A DNA stretch of 64,000 bases from positions 35,712,001 through 35,776,000 of the forward strand of contig OZ024758.1 of assembly GCA_964016885.1 (NCBI GenBank). The letters are read 5' to 3'. The notes under the pieces are model-generated. The model was given only the letters and a program-made list of their open reading frames with translations, was not told the origin of the DNA and searched no databases. The translations under genes were made by a program, and so were the position numbers. Below, in pieces: positions 1-12,612 of this stretch. Every line of letters starts with the position of its first letter. Position 1 is the stretch's first letter. The DNA is from Eledone cirrhosa (taxonomy: Eukaryota).

Positions 1-3000
1 TCATGGTATTAGCTGTCAGAAGGAACTCCACTGTTGCTGAAAATTCATTTAAGTTCATGGTATTAGCTGTCAGAAGTAACTCCACTGTTGGTGAGAATTC
101 ATTTAAGTTCATGGTACTAGCTGTCAGAAGTAACTCCACTGTTGGTGAGAATTCATTTAAGTTCATGGTATTAGCTGTCAGAAGTCACTCCAATGTTGGT
201 GAGAATTCATTTAAGTTCATGGTATTAGCTGTCAGAAGTCACTCCACTGTTGGTGAGAATTCATTTAAGTTCATGGTACTAGCTGTCCGAAGTAACCCCA
301 ATGTTGGTGAGAATTCATTTAAGTTCATGGTATTAGCTGTCAGAAGTCACTCCAATGTTGGTGAGAATTCATTTAAGTTCATGGTATTAGCTGTCAGAAG
401 TAACTCCACTGTTGGTGAGAATTCATTTAAGTTCATGGTATTAGCTGTCAGAAGTAACTCCACTGTTGGTGAGAATTCATTTAAGTTCATGGTATTAGCT
501 GTCAGAAGGAACTCCACTGTTGGTGAGAATTCATTTAAGTTCATGGTACTAGCTGTCAGAAGTAACTCCACTGTTGGTGAGAATTCATTTAAGTTCATGG
601 TATTAGTTTGTCAGAAGTAACTCCACTGTTGGTGAGAATTCATTTAAGTCATGGTATTAGTTGTCAGAAGTAACTCCAATGTTGGTGAGAATTCATTTAA
701 GCCATGGTACTAGCTGTAAGAAGTAACTCCAATGTTGGTGAGAATTCATTTAAGTTCATGGTATTAGCTGTCAGAAGGAACTCCACTGTTGGTGAGAATT
801 CATTTAAGTTCATGGTATTAGCTGTCAGAAGTAACTCCACTGTTGGTGAGAATTCATTTAAGTTCATGGTACTAGCTGTCAGAAGTAACTCCAATGTTGG
901 TGAGAATTCATTTAAGTTCATGGTATTAGCTGTCAGAAGTAACTCCACTGTTGGTGAGAGTTCATTTAGGTCATGGTATTAGCTGTCAGAAGTAACTCCA
1001 ATGTTGGTGAGAATTCATTTAAGTTCATGGTATTAGCTGTCAGAAGTAACTCCACTGTTGGTGAGAATTCATTTAAGTTCATGGTATTAGCTGTCAGAAG
1101 TAACTCCACTGTTGGTGAGAATTCATTTAAGTTCATGGTACTAGCTGTCAGAAGTAACTCCACTGTTGGTGAGAATTCATTTAAGTTCATGGTATTAGTT
1201 TGTCAGAAGTAACTCCACTGTTGGTGAGAATTCATTTAAGTCATGGTATTAGTTGTCAGAAGTAACTCCAATGTTGGTGAGAATTCATTTAAGTTCATGG
1301 TATTAGCTGTCAGAAGGAACTCCACTGTTGGTGAGAATTCATTTAAGTTCATGGTATTAGCTGTCAGAAGGAACTCCAATGTTGGTGAGAATTCATTTAA
1401 GTCATGGTACTAGCTGTCAGAAGTAACTCCACTGTTGGTGAGAATTCATTTAAGTTCATGGTATTAGCTGTCAGAAGGAACGCCACTGTTGGTGAGAATT
1501 CATTTAAGTTCATGGTATTAGCTGTCAGAAGTAACTCCACTGTTGGTGAGAATTCATTTAAGTTCATGGTACTAGCTGTCAGAAGTAACTCCAATGTTGG
1601 TGAGAATTCATTTAAGTTCATGGTATTAGCTGTCAGAAGGAACTCCACTGTTGGTGAGAATTCATTTAAGTTCATGGTATTAGCTGTCAGAAGTAACTCC
1701 ACTGTTGGTGAGAATTCATTTAAGTTCATGGTATTAGCTGTCAGAAGTCACTCCAATGTTGGTGAGAATTCATTTAAGTTCATGGTATTAGCTGTCAGAA
1801 GGAACGCCACTGTTGGTGAGAATTCATTTAAGTTCATGGTATTAGCTGTCAGAAGTAACTCCACTGTTGGTGAGAATTCATTTAAGTTCATGGTACTAGC
1901 TGTCAGAAGTAACTCCAATGTTGGTGAGAATTCATTTAAGTTCATGGTATTAGCTGTCAGAAGGAACTCCACTGTTGGTGAGAATTCATTTAAGTTCATG
2001 GTATTAGCTGTCAGAAGTAACTCCACTGTTGGTGAGAATTCATTTAAGTTCATGGTATTAGCTGTCAGAAGTCACTCCAATGTTGGTGAGAATTCATTTA
2101 AGTTCATGGTATTAGCTGTCAGAAGTCACTCCACTATTGGTGAGAATTCATTTAAGTTCATGGTACTAGCTGTCCGAAGTAACCCCAATGTTGGTGAGAA
2201 TTCATTTAAGTTCATGGTATTAGCTGTCAGAAGTCACTCCAATGTTGGTGAGAATTCATTTAAGTTCATGGTATTAGCTGTCAGAAGTAACTCCACTGTT
2301 GGTGAGAATTCATTTAAGTTCATGGTATTAGCTGTCAGAAGTAACTCCACTGTTGGTGAGAATTCATTTAAGTTCATGGTATTAGCTGTCAGAAGGAACT
2401 CCACTGTTGGTGAGAATTCATTTAAGTTCATGGTACTAGCTGTCAGAAGTAACTCCACTGTTGGTGAGAATTCATTTAAGTTCATGGTATTAGTTTGTCA
2501 GAAGTAACTCCACTGTTGGTGAGAATTCATTTAAGTCATGGTATTAGTTGTCAGAAGTAACTCCAATGTTGGTGAGAATTCATTTAAGCCATGGTACTAG
2601 CTGTCAGAAGTAACTCCAATGTTGGTGAGAATTCATTTAAGTTCATGGTATTAGCTGTCAGAACGAACTCCACTGTTGGTGAGAATTCATTTAAGTTCAT
2701 GGTATTAGCTGTCAGAAGTAACTCCACTGTTGGTGAGAATTCATTTAAGTTCAGGGTACTAGCTGTCAGAAGGAACTCCACTGTTGGTGAGAATTCATTT
2801 AAGTTCATGGTATTAGCTGTCAGAAGTAACTCCACTGTTGGTGAGAATTCATTTAAGTCATGTTATTAGCTGTCAGACGTAACTCCATTGTTGGTGAGAA
2901 TTCATTTAAGTCATGGTACTAGCTGTCAGAAGTAACTCCAATGTTGGTGAGAATTCATTTAAGTCATGGTACTAGCTGTCAGAAGTAACTCCAATGTTGG

Positions 3001-6000
3001 TGAGAATTCATTTAAGTTCATGGTATTAGCTGTCAGAAGGAACTCCACAGTTGGTGAGAATTCATTTAAGTTCATGGTATTAGCTGTCAGAAGTAACTCC
3101 ACTGTTGGTGAGAATTCATTTAAGTTCATGGTATTAGCTGTCAGAGGTAACTCCACTGTTGGTGAGAATTCATTTAAGTTCATGGTACTAGCTGTCAGAA
3201 GTAACTCCAATGTTGGTGAGTATTCATTTAAGTTCATGGTATTAGCTGTCAGAAGTAACTCCACTGTTGGTGAGAATTCATTTACGTCATGGTATTAGCT
3301 GTCAGAAGTAACTCCAATGTTGGTGAGAATTCATTTAAGTTCATGGTATTAGCTGTCAGAATTAACTCCAATGTTGGTGAGAATTCATTTAAGTTCATGG
3401 TATTAGCTGTCAGAAGGAACTCCACTGTTGCTGAGAATTCATTTAAGTTCATGGTATTAGCTGTCAGAAGTAACTCCACTGTTGGTGAGAATTCATTTAA
3501 GTTCATGGTACTAGCTGTCAGAAGTAACTCCACTGTTGGTGAGAATTCATTTAAGTTCATGGTATTAGCTGTCAGAAGTCACTCCAATGTTGGTGAGAAT
3601 TCATTTAAGTTCATGGTATTAGCTGTCAGAAGTCACTCCACTGTTGGTGAGAATTCATTTAAGTTCATGGTACTAGCTGTCAGAAGTAACCCCAATGTTG
3701 GTGAGAATTCATTTAAGTTCATGGTATTAGCTGTCAGAAGTCACTCCAATGTTGGTGAGAATTCATTTAAGTTCATGGTATTAGCTGTCAGAAGTAACTC
3801 CACTGTTGGTGAGAATTCATTTAAGTTCATGGTATTAGCTGTCAGAAGTAACTCCACTGTTGGTGAGAATTCATTTAAGTTCATGGTATTAGCTGTCAGA
3901 AGGAACTCCACTGTTGGTGAGAATTCATTTAAGTTCATGGTACTAGCTGTCAGAAGTAACTCCACTGTTGGTGAGAATTCATTTAAGTTCATGGTATTAG
4001 TTTGTCAGAAGTAACCCCAATGTTGGTGAGAATTCATTTAAGTTCATGGTATTAGCTGTCAGAAGTAACTCCACTGTTGGTGAGAATTCATTTAAGTTCA
4101 TGGTATTAGCTGTCAGAAGTAACTCCACTGTTGGTGAGAATTCATTTAAGTTCATGGTATTAGCTGTCAGAAGTAACTCCACTGTTGGTGAGAATTCATT
4201 TAAGTTCATGGTATTAGCTGTCAGAAGGAACTCCAATGTTGGTGAGAATTCATTTAAGTCATGGTACTAGCTGTCAGAAGTAACTCCACTGTTGGTGAGA
4301 ATTCATTTAAGTTCATGGTATTAGCTGACAGAAGGAACGCCACTGTTGGTGAGAATTCATTTAAGTTCATGGTATTAGCTGTCAGAAGTAACTCCACTGT
4401 TGGTGAGAATTCATTTAAGTTCATGGTACTAGCTGTCAGAAGTAACTCCAATGTTGGTGAGAATTCATTTAAGTTCATGGTATTAGCTGTCAGAAGGAAC
4501 TCCACTGTTGCTGAGAATTCATTTAAGTTCATGGTATTAGCTGTCAGAAGTAACTCCACTGTTGGTGAGAATTCATTTAAGTTCATGGTACTAGCTGTCA
4601 GAAGTAACTCCACTGTTGGTGAGAATTCATTTAAGTTCATGGTATTAGCTGTCAGAAGTCACTCCAATGTTGGTGAGAATTCATTTAAGTTCATGGTATT
4701 AGCTGTCAGAAGTCACTCCACTGTTGGTGAGAATTCATTTAAGTTCATGGTACTAGCTGTCCGAAGTAACCCCAATGTTGGTGAGAATTCATTTAAGTTC
4801 ATGGTATTAGCTGTCAGAAGTCACTCCAATGTTGGTGAGAATTCATTTAAGTTCATGGTATTAGCTGTCAGAAGTAACTCCACTGTTGGTGAGAATTCAT
4901 TTAAGTTCAGGGTACTAGCTGTCAGAAGTAACTCCAATGTTGGTGAGAATTCATTTAAGTTCATGGTATTAGCTGTCAGAAGGAACTCCACTGTTGGTGA
5001 GAATTCATTTAAGTTCATGGTATTAGCTGTCAGAAGTAACTCCACTGTTGGTGAGAATTCATTTAAGTTCAGGGTACTAGCTGTCAGAAGTAACTCCAAT
5101 GTTGGTGAGAATTCATTTAAGTTCATGGTATTAGCTGTCAGAAGGAACTCCACTGTTGGTGAGAATTCATTTAAGTTCATGGTATTAGCTGTCAGAAGTA
5201 ACTCCACTGTTGGTGAGAATTCATTTAAGTCATGTTATTAGCTGTCAGAAGTAACTCCATTGTTGGTGAGAATTCATTTAAGTCATGGTACTAGCTGTCA
5301 GAAGTAACTCCAATGTTGGTGAGAATTCATTTAAGTCATGGTACTAGCTGTCAGAAGTAACTCCAATGTTGGTGAGAATTCATTTAAGTTCATGGTATTA
5401 GCTGTCAGAAGGAACTCCACTGTTGGTGAGAATTCATTTAAGTTCATGGTATTAGCTGTCAGAAGTAACTCCACTGTTGGTGAGAATTCATTTAAGTTCA
5501 TGGTATTAGCTGTCAGAGGTAACTCCACTGTTGGTGAGAATTCATTTAAGTTCATGGTACTAGCTGTCAGAAGTAACTCCAATGTTGGTGAGTATTCATT
5601 TAAGTTCATGGTATTAGCTGTCAGAAGTAACTCCACTGTTGGTGAGAATTCATTTACGTCATGGTATTAGCTGTCAGAAGTAACTCCAATGTTGGTGAGA
5701 ATTCATTTAAGTTCATGGTATTAGCTGTCAGAATTAACTCCAATGTTGGTGAGAATTCATTTAAGTTCATGGTATTAGCTGTCAGAAGGAACTCCACTGT
5801 TGCTGAGAATTCATTTAAGTTCATGGTATTAGCTGTCAGAAGTAACTCCACTGTTGGTGAGAATTCATTTAAGTTCATGGTACTAGCTGTCAGAAGTAAC
5901 TCCACTGTTGGTGAGAATTCATTTAAGTTCATGGTATTAGCTGTCAGAAGTCACTCCAATGTTGGTGAGAATTCATTTAAGTTCATGGTATTAGCTGTCA

Positions 6001-9000
6001 GAAGTAACTCCACTGTTGGTGAGAATTCATTTAAGTTCATGGTATTAGCTGTCAGAAGTAACTCCACTGTTGGTGAGAATTCATTTAAGTTCATGGTATT
6101 AGCTGTCAGAAGTAACTCCACTGTTGGTGAGAATTCATTTAAGTTCATGGTATTAGCTGTCAGAAGGAACTCCAATGTTGGTGAGAATTCATTTAAGTCA
6201 TGGTACTAGCTGTCAGAAGTAACTCCACTGTTGGTGAGTATTCATTTAAGTTCATGGTATTAGCTGACAGAAGGAACGCCACTGTTGGTGAGAATTCATT
6301 TAAGTTCATGGTATTAGCTGTCAGAAGTAACTCCACTGTTGGTGAGAATTCATTTAAGTTCATGGTACTAGCTGTCAGAAGTAACTCCAATGTTGGTGAG
6401 AATTCATTTAAGTTCATGGTATTAGCTGTCAGAAGGAACTCCACTGTTGCTGAGAATTCATTTAAGTTCATGGTATTAGCTGTCAGAAGTAACTCCACTG
6501 TTGGTGAGAATTCATTTAAGTTCATGGTACTAGCTGTCAGAAGTAACTCCACTGTTGGTGAGAATTCATTTAAGTTCATGGTATTAGCTGTCAGAAGTCA
6601 CTCCAATGTTGGTGAGAATTCATTTAAGTTCATGGTATTAGCTGTCAGAAGTCACTCCACTGTTGGTGAGAATTCATTTAAGTTCATGGTACTAGCTGTC
6701 CGAAGTAACCCCAATGTTGGTGAGAATTCATTTAAGTTCATGGTATTAGCTGTCAGAAGTCACTCCAATGTTGGTGAGAATTCATTTAAGTTCATGGTAT
6801 TAGCTGTCAGAAGTAACTACACTGTTGGTGAGAATTCATTTAAGTTCATGGTATTAGCTGTCAGAAGTAACTCCACTGTTGGTGAGAATTCATTTAAGTT
6901 CATGGTATTAGCTGTCAGAAGGAACTCCACTGTTGGTGAGAATTCATTTAAGTTCATGGTACTAGCTGTCAGAAGTAACTCCACTGTTGGTGAGAATTCA
7001 TTTAAGTTCATGGTATTAGTTTGTCAGAAGTAACTCCTCTGTTGGTGAGAATTCATTTAAGTCATGGTATTAGTTGTCAGAAGTAACTCCAATGTTGGTG
7101 AGAATTCATTTAAGCCATGGTACTAGCTGTCAGAAGTAACTCCAATGTTGGTGAGAATTCATTTAAGTTCATGGTATTAGCTGTCAGAAGGAACTCCACT
7201 GTTGGTGAGAATTCATTTAAGTTCATGGTACTAGCTGTCAGAAGTAACTCCAATGTTGGTGAGAATTCATTTAAGTTCATGGTATTAGCTGTCAGAAGTA
7301 ACTCCACTGTTGGTGAGAGTTCATTTAAGTCATGGTATTAGCTGTCAGAAGTAACTCCAATGTTGGTGAGAATTCATTTAAGTTCATGGTATTAGCTGTC
7401 AGAAGTAACTCCACTGTTGGTGAGAATTCATTTAAGTTCATGGTATTAGCTGTCAGAAGTAACTCCACTGTTGGTGAGAATTCATTTAAGTTCATGGTAC
7501 TAGCTGTCAGAAGTAACTCCACTGTTGGTGAGATTTCATTTAAGTTCATGGTATTAGTTTGTCAGAAGTAACTCCACTGTTGGTGAGAATTCATTTAAGT
7601 CATGGTATTAGTTGTCAGAAGTAACTCCAATGTTGGTGAGAATTCATTTAAGTTCATGGTATTAGCTGTCAGAAGGAACTCCACTGTTGGTGAGAATTCA
7701 TTTAAGTTCATGGTATTAGCTGTCAGAAGGAACTCCAATGTTGGTGAGAATTCATTTAAGTCATGGTACTAGCTGTCAGAAGTAACTCCAATGTTGGTGA
7801 GAATTCATTTAAGTTCATGGTATTAGCTGTCAGAAGTAACTCCACTGTTGGTGAGAATTCATTTAAGTTCATGGTATTAGCTGTCAGAAGGAACTCCAAT
7901 GTTGGTGAGAATTCATTTAATTTCATGGTACTAGCTGTCAGAAGTAACTCCAATGTTGGTGAGAATTCATTTAAGTTCATGGTATTAGCTGTCAGAAGTA
8001 ACTCCAATGTTGGTGAGAATTCATTTAAGTTCATGGTATTAGCTGTCAGAAGTCACTCCACTGTTGGTGAGAATTCATTTAAGTTCATGGTACTAGCTGT
8101 CCGAAGTAACCCCAATGTTGGTGAGAATTCATTTAAGTTCATGGTATTAGCTGTCAGAAGTCACTCCAATGTTGGTGAGAATTCATTTAAATTCATGGTA
8201 TTAGCTGTCAGAAGTAACTCCACTGTTGGTGAGAATTCATTTAAGTTCATGGTATTAGCTGTCAGAAGTAACTCCACTGTTGGTGAGAATTCATTTAAGT
8301 TCATGGTATTAGCTGTCAGAAGGAACTCCACTGTTGGTGAGAATTCATTTAAGTCATGGTATTAGTTGTCAGAAGTAACTCCAATGTTGGTGAGAATTCA
8401 TTTAAGCCATGGTACTAGCTGTCAGAAGTAACTCCAATGTTGGTGAGAATTCATTTAAGTTCATGGTATTAGCTGTCAGAACGAACTCCACTGTTGGTGA
8501 GAATTCATTTAAGTTCATGGTATTAGCTGTCAGAAGTAACTCCACTGTTGGTGAGAATTCATTTAAGTTCAGGGTACTAGCTTTCAGAAGTAACTCCAAT
8601 GTTGGTGAGAATTCATTTAAGTTCATGGTATTAGCTGTCAGAAGTAACTCCACTGTTGGTGAGAATTCATTTAAGTTCATGGTATTAGCTGTCAGAGGTA
8701 ACTCCACTGTTGGTGAGAATTCATTTAAGTTCATGGTACTAGCTGTCAGAAGTAACTCCAATGTTGGTGAGTATTCATTTAAGTTCATGGTATTAGCTGT
8801 CAGAAGTAACTCCACTGTTGGTGAGAATTCATTTACGTCATGGTATTAGCTGTCAGAAGTAACTCCAATGTTGGTGAGAATTCATTTAAGTTCATGGTAT
8901 TAGCTGTCAGAATTAACTCCAATGTTGGTGAGAATTCATTTAAGTTCATGGTATTAGCTGTCAGAAGGAACTCCACTGTTGCTGAGAATTCATTTAAGTT

Positions 9001-12000
9001 CATGGTATTAGCTGTCAGAAGTAACTCCACTGTTGGTGAGAATTCATTTAAGTTCATGGTACTAGCTGTCAGAAGTAACTCCACTGTTGGTGAGAATTCA
9101 TTTAAGTTCATGGTATTAGCTGTCAGAAGTCACTCCAATGTTGGTGAGAATTCATTTAAGTTCATGGTATTAGCTGTCAGAAGTCACTCCACTGTTGGTG
9201 AGAATTCATTTAAGTTCATGGTACTAGCTGTCAGAAGTAACCCCAATGTTGGTGAGAATTCATTTAAGTTCATGGTATTAGCTGTCAGAAGTCACTCCAA
9301 TGTTGGTGAGAATTCATTTAAGTTCATGGTATTAGCTGTCAGAAGTAACTCCACTGTTGGTGAGAATTCATTTAAGTTCATGGTATTAGCTGTCAGAAGT
9401 AACTCCAGTGTTGGTGAGAATTCATTTAAGTTCATGGTATTAGCAGTCAGAAGGAACTCCACTGTTGGTGAGAATTCATTTAAGTTCATGGTACTAGCTG
9501 TCAGAAGTAACTCCACTGTTGGTGAGAATTCATTTAAGTTCATGGTATTAGTTTGTCAGAAGTAACCCCAATGTTGGTGAGAATTCATTTAAGTTCATGG
9601 TATTAGCTGTCAGAAGTCACTCCAATGTTGGTGAGAATTCATTTAAGTTCATGGTATTAGCTGTCAGAAGTAACTCCACTGTTGGTGAGAATTCATTTAA
9701 GTTCATGGTATTAGCTGTCAGAAGTAACTCCACTGTTGGTGAGAATTCATTTAAGTTCATGGTATTAGCTGTCAGAAGTAACTCCACTGTTGGTGAGAAT
9801 TCATTTAAGTTCATGGTATTAGCTGTCAGAAGGAACTCCAATGTTGGTGAGAATTCATTTAAGTCATGGTACTAGCTGTCAGAAGTAACTCCACTGTTGG
9901 TGAGAATTCATTTAAGTTCATGGTATTAGCTGACAGAAGGAACGCCACTGTTGGTGAGAATTCATTTAAGTTCATGGTATTAGCTGTCAGAAGTAACTCC
10001 ACTGTTGGTGAGAATTCATTTAAGTTCATGGTACTAGCTGTCAGAAGTAACTCCAATGTTGGTGAGAATTCATTTAAGTTCATGGTATTAGCTGTCAGAA
10101 GGAACTCCACTGTTGCTGAGAATTCATTTAAGTTCATGGTATTAGCTGTCAGAAGTAACTCCACTGTTGGTGAGAATTCATTTAAGTTCATGGTACTAGC
10201 TGTCAGAAGTAACTCCACTGTTGGTGAGAATTCATTTAAGTTCATGGTATTAGCTGTCAGAAGTCACTCCAATGTTGGTGAGAATTCATTTAAGTTCATG
10301 GTATTAGCTGTCAGAAGTCACTCCACTGTTGGTGAGAATTCATTTAAGTTCATGGTACTAGCTGTCCGAAGTAACCCCAATGTTGGTGAGAATTCATTTA
10401 AGTTCATGGTATTAGCTGTCAGAAGTCACTCCAATGTTGGTGAGAATTCATTTAAGTTCATGGTATTAGCTGTCAGAAGTAACTCCACTGTTGGTGAGAA
10501 TTCATTTAAGTTCATGGTATTAGCTGTCAGAAGTAACTCCACTGTTGGTGAGAATTCATTTAAGTTCATGGTATTAGCTGTCAGAAGGAACTCCACTGTT
10601 GGTGAGAATTCATTTAAGTTCATGGTACTAGCTGTCAGAAGTAACTCCACTGTTGGTGAGAATTCATTTAAGTTCATGGTATTAGTTTGTCAGAAGTAAC
10701 TCCTCTGTTGGTGAGAATTCATTTAAGTCATGGTATTAGTTGTCAGAAGTAACTCCAATGTTGGTGAGAATTCATTTAAGCCATGGTACTAGCTGTCAGA
10801 AGTAACTCCAATGTTGGTGAGAATTCATTTAAGTTCATGGTATTAGCTGTCAGAAGGAACTCCACTGTTGGTGAGAATTCATTTAAGTTCATGTTATTAG
10901 CTGTCAGAAGTAACTCCACTGTTGGTGAGAATTCATTTAAGTTCATGGTACTAGCTGTCAGAAGTAACTCCAATGTCGGTGAGAATTCATTTAAGTTCAT
11001 GGTATTAGCTGTCAGAAGTAACTCCACTGTTGGTGAGAGTTCATTTAAGTCATGGTATTAGCTGTCAGAAGTAACTCCAATGTTGGTGAGAATTCATTTA
11101 AGTTCATGGTATTAGCTGTCAGAAGTAACTCCACTGTTGGTGAGAATTCATTTAAGTTCATGGTATTAGCTGTCAGAAGTAACTCCACTGTTGGTGAGAA
11201 TTCATTTAAGTTCATGGTACTAGCTGTCAGAAGTAACTCCACTGTTGGTGAGAATTCATTTAAGTTCATGGTATTAGTTTGTCAGAAGTAACTCCACTGT
11301 TGGTGAGAATTCATTTAAGTCATGGTATTAGTTGTCAGAAGTAACTCCAATGTTGGTGAGAATTCATTTAAGTTCATGGTATTAGCTGTCAGAAGGAACT
11401 CCACTGTTGGTGAGAATTCATTTAAGTTCATGGTATTAGCTGTCAGAAGGAACTCCAATGTTGGTGAGAATTCATTTAAGTCATGGTACTAGCTGTCAGA
11501 AGTAACTCCACTGTTGGTGAGAATTCATTTAAGTTCATGGTGTTAGCTGTCAGAAGGAACGCCACTGTTGGTGAGAATTCATTTAAGTTCATGGTATTAG
11601 CTGTCAGAAGTAACTCCACTGTTGGTGAGAATTCATTTAAGTTCATGGTACTAGCTGTCAGAAGTAACTCCAATGTTGGTGAGAATTCATTTAAGTTCAT
11701 GGTATTAGCTGTCAGAAGGAACTCCACTGTTGGTGAGAATTCATTTAAGTTCATGGTATTAGCTGTCAGAAGTAACTCCACTGTTGGTGAGAATTCATTT
11801 AAGTTCATGGTATTAGCTGTCAGAAGTCACTCCAATGTTGGTGAGAATTCATTTAAGTTCATGGTATTAGCTGTCAGAAGTCACTCCACTGTTGGTGAGA
11901 ATTCATTTAAGTTCATGGTACTAGCTGTCCGAAGTAACCCCAATGTTGGTGAGAATTCATTTAAGTTCATGGTATTAGCTGTCAGAAGTCACTCCAATGT

Positions 12001-12612
12001 TGGTGAGAATTCATTTAAATTCATGGTATTAGCTGTCAGAAGTAACTCCACTGTTGGTGAGAATTCATTTAAGTTCATGGTATTAGCTGTCAGAAGTAAC
12101 TCCACTGTTGGTGAGAATTCATTTAAGTTCATGGTATTAGCTGTCAGAAGGAACTCCACTGTTGGTGAGAATTCATTTAAGTCATGGTATTAGTTGTCAG
12201 AAGTAACTCCAATGTTGGTGAGAATTCATTTAAGCCATGGTACTAGCTGTCAGAAGTAACTCCAATGTTGGTGAGAATTCATTTAAGTTCATGGTATTAG
12301 CTGTCAGAACGAACTCCACTGTTGGTGAGAATTCATTTAAGTTCATGGTATTAGCTGTCAGAAGTAACTCCACTGTTGGTGAGAATTCATTTAAGTTCAG
12401 GGTACTAGCTGTCAGAAGTAACTCCAATGTTGGTGAGAATTCATTTAAGTTCATGGTATTAGCTGTCAGAAGGAACTCCACTGTTGGTGAGAATTCATTT
12501 AAGTTCATGGTATTAGCTGTCAGAAGTAACTCCACTGTTGGTGAGAATTCATTTAAGTCATGGTACTAGCTGTCAGAAGTAACTCCAATGTTGGTGAGAA
12601 TTCATTTAAGTC

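Noticed and set aside
190-194. CCAAT boxes as promoter elements
   Set aside because: The motif is produced by a common C/A polymorphism in hundreds of monomers, with no gene or promoter context.
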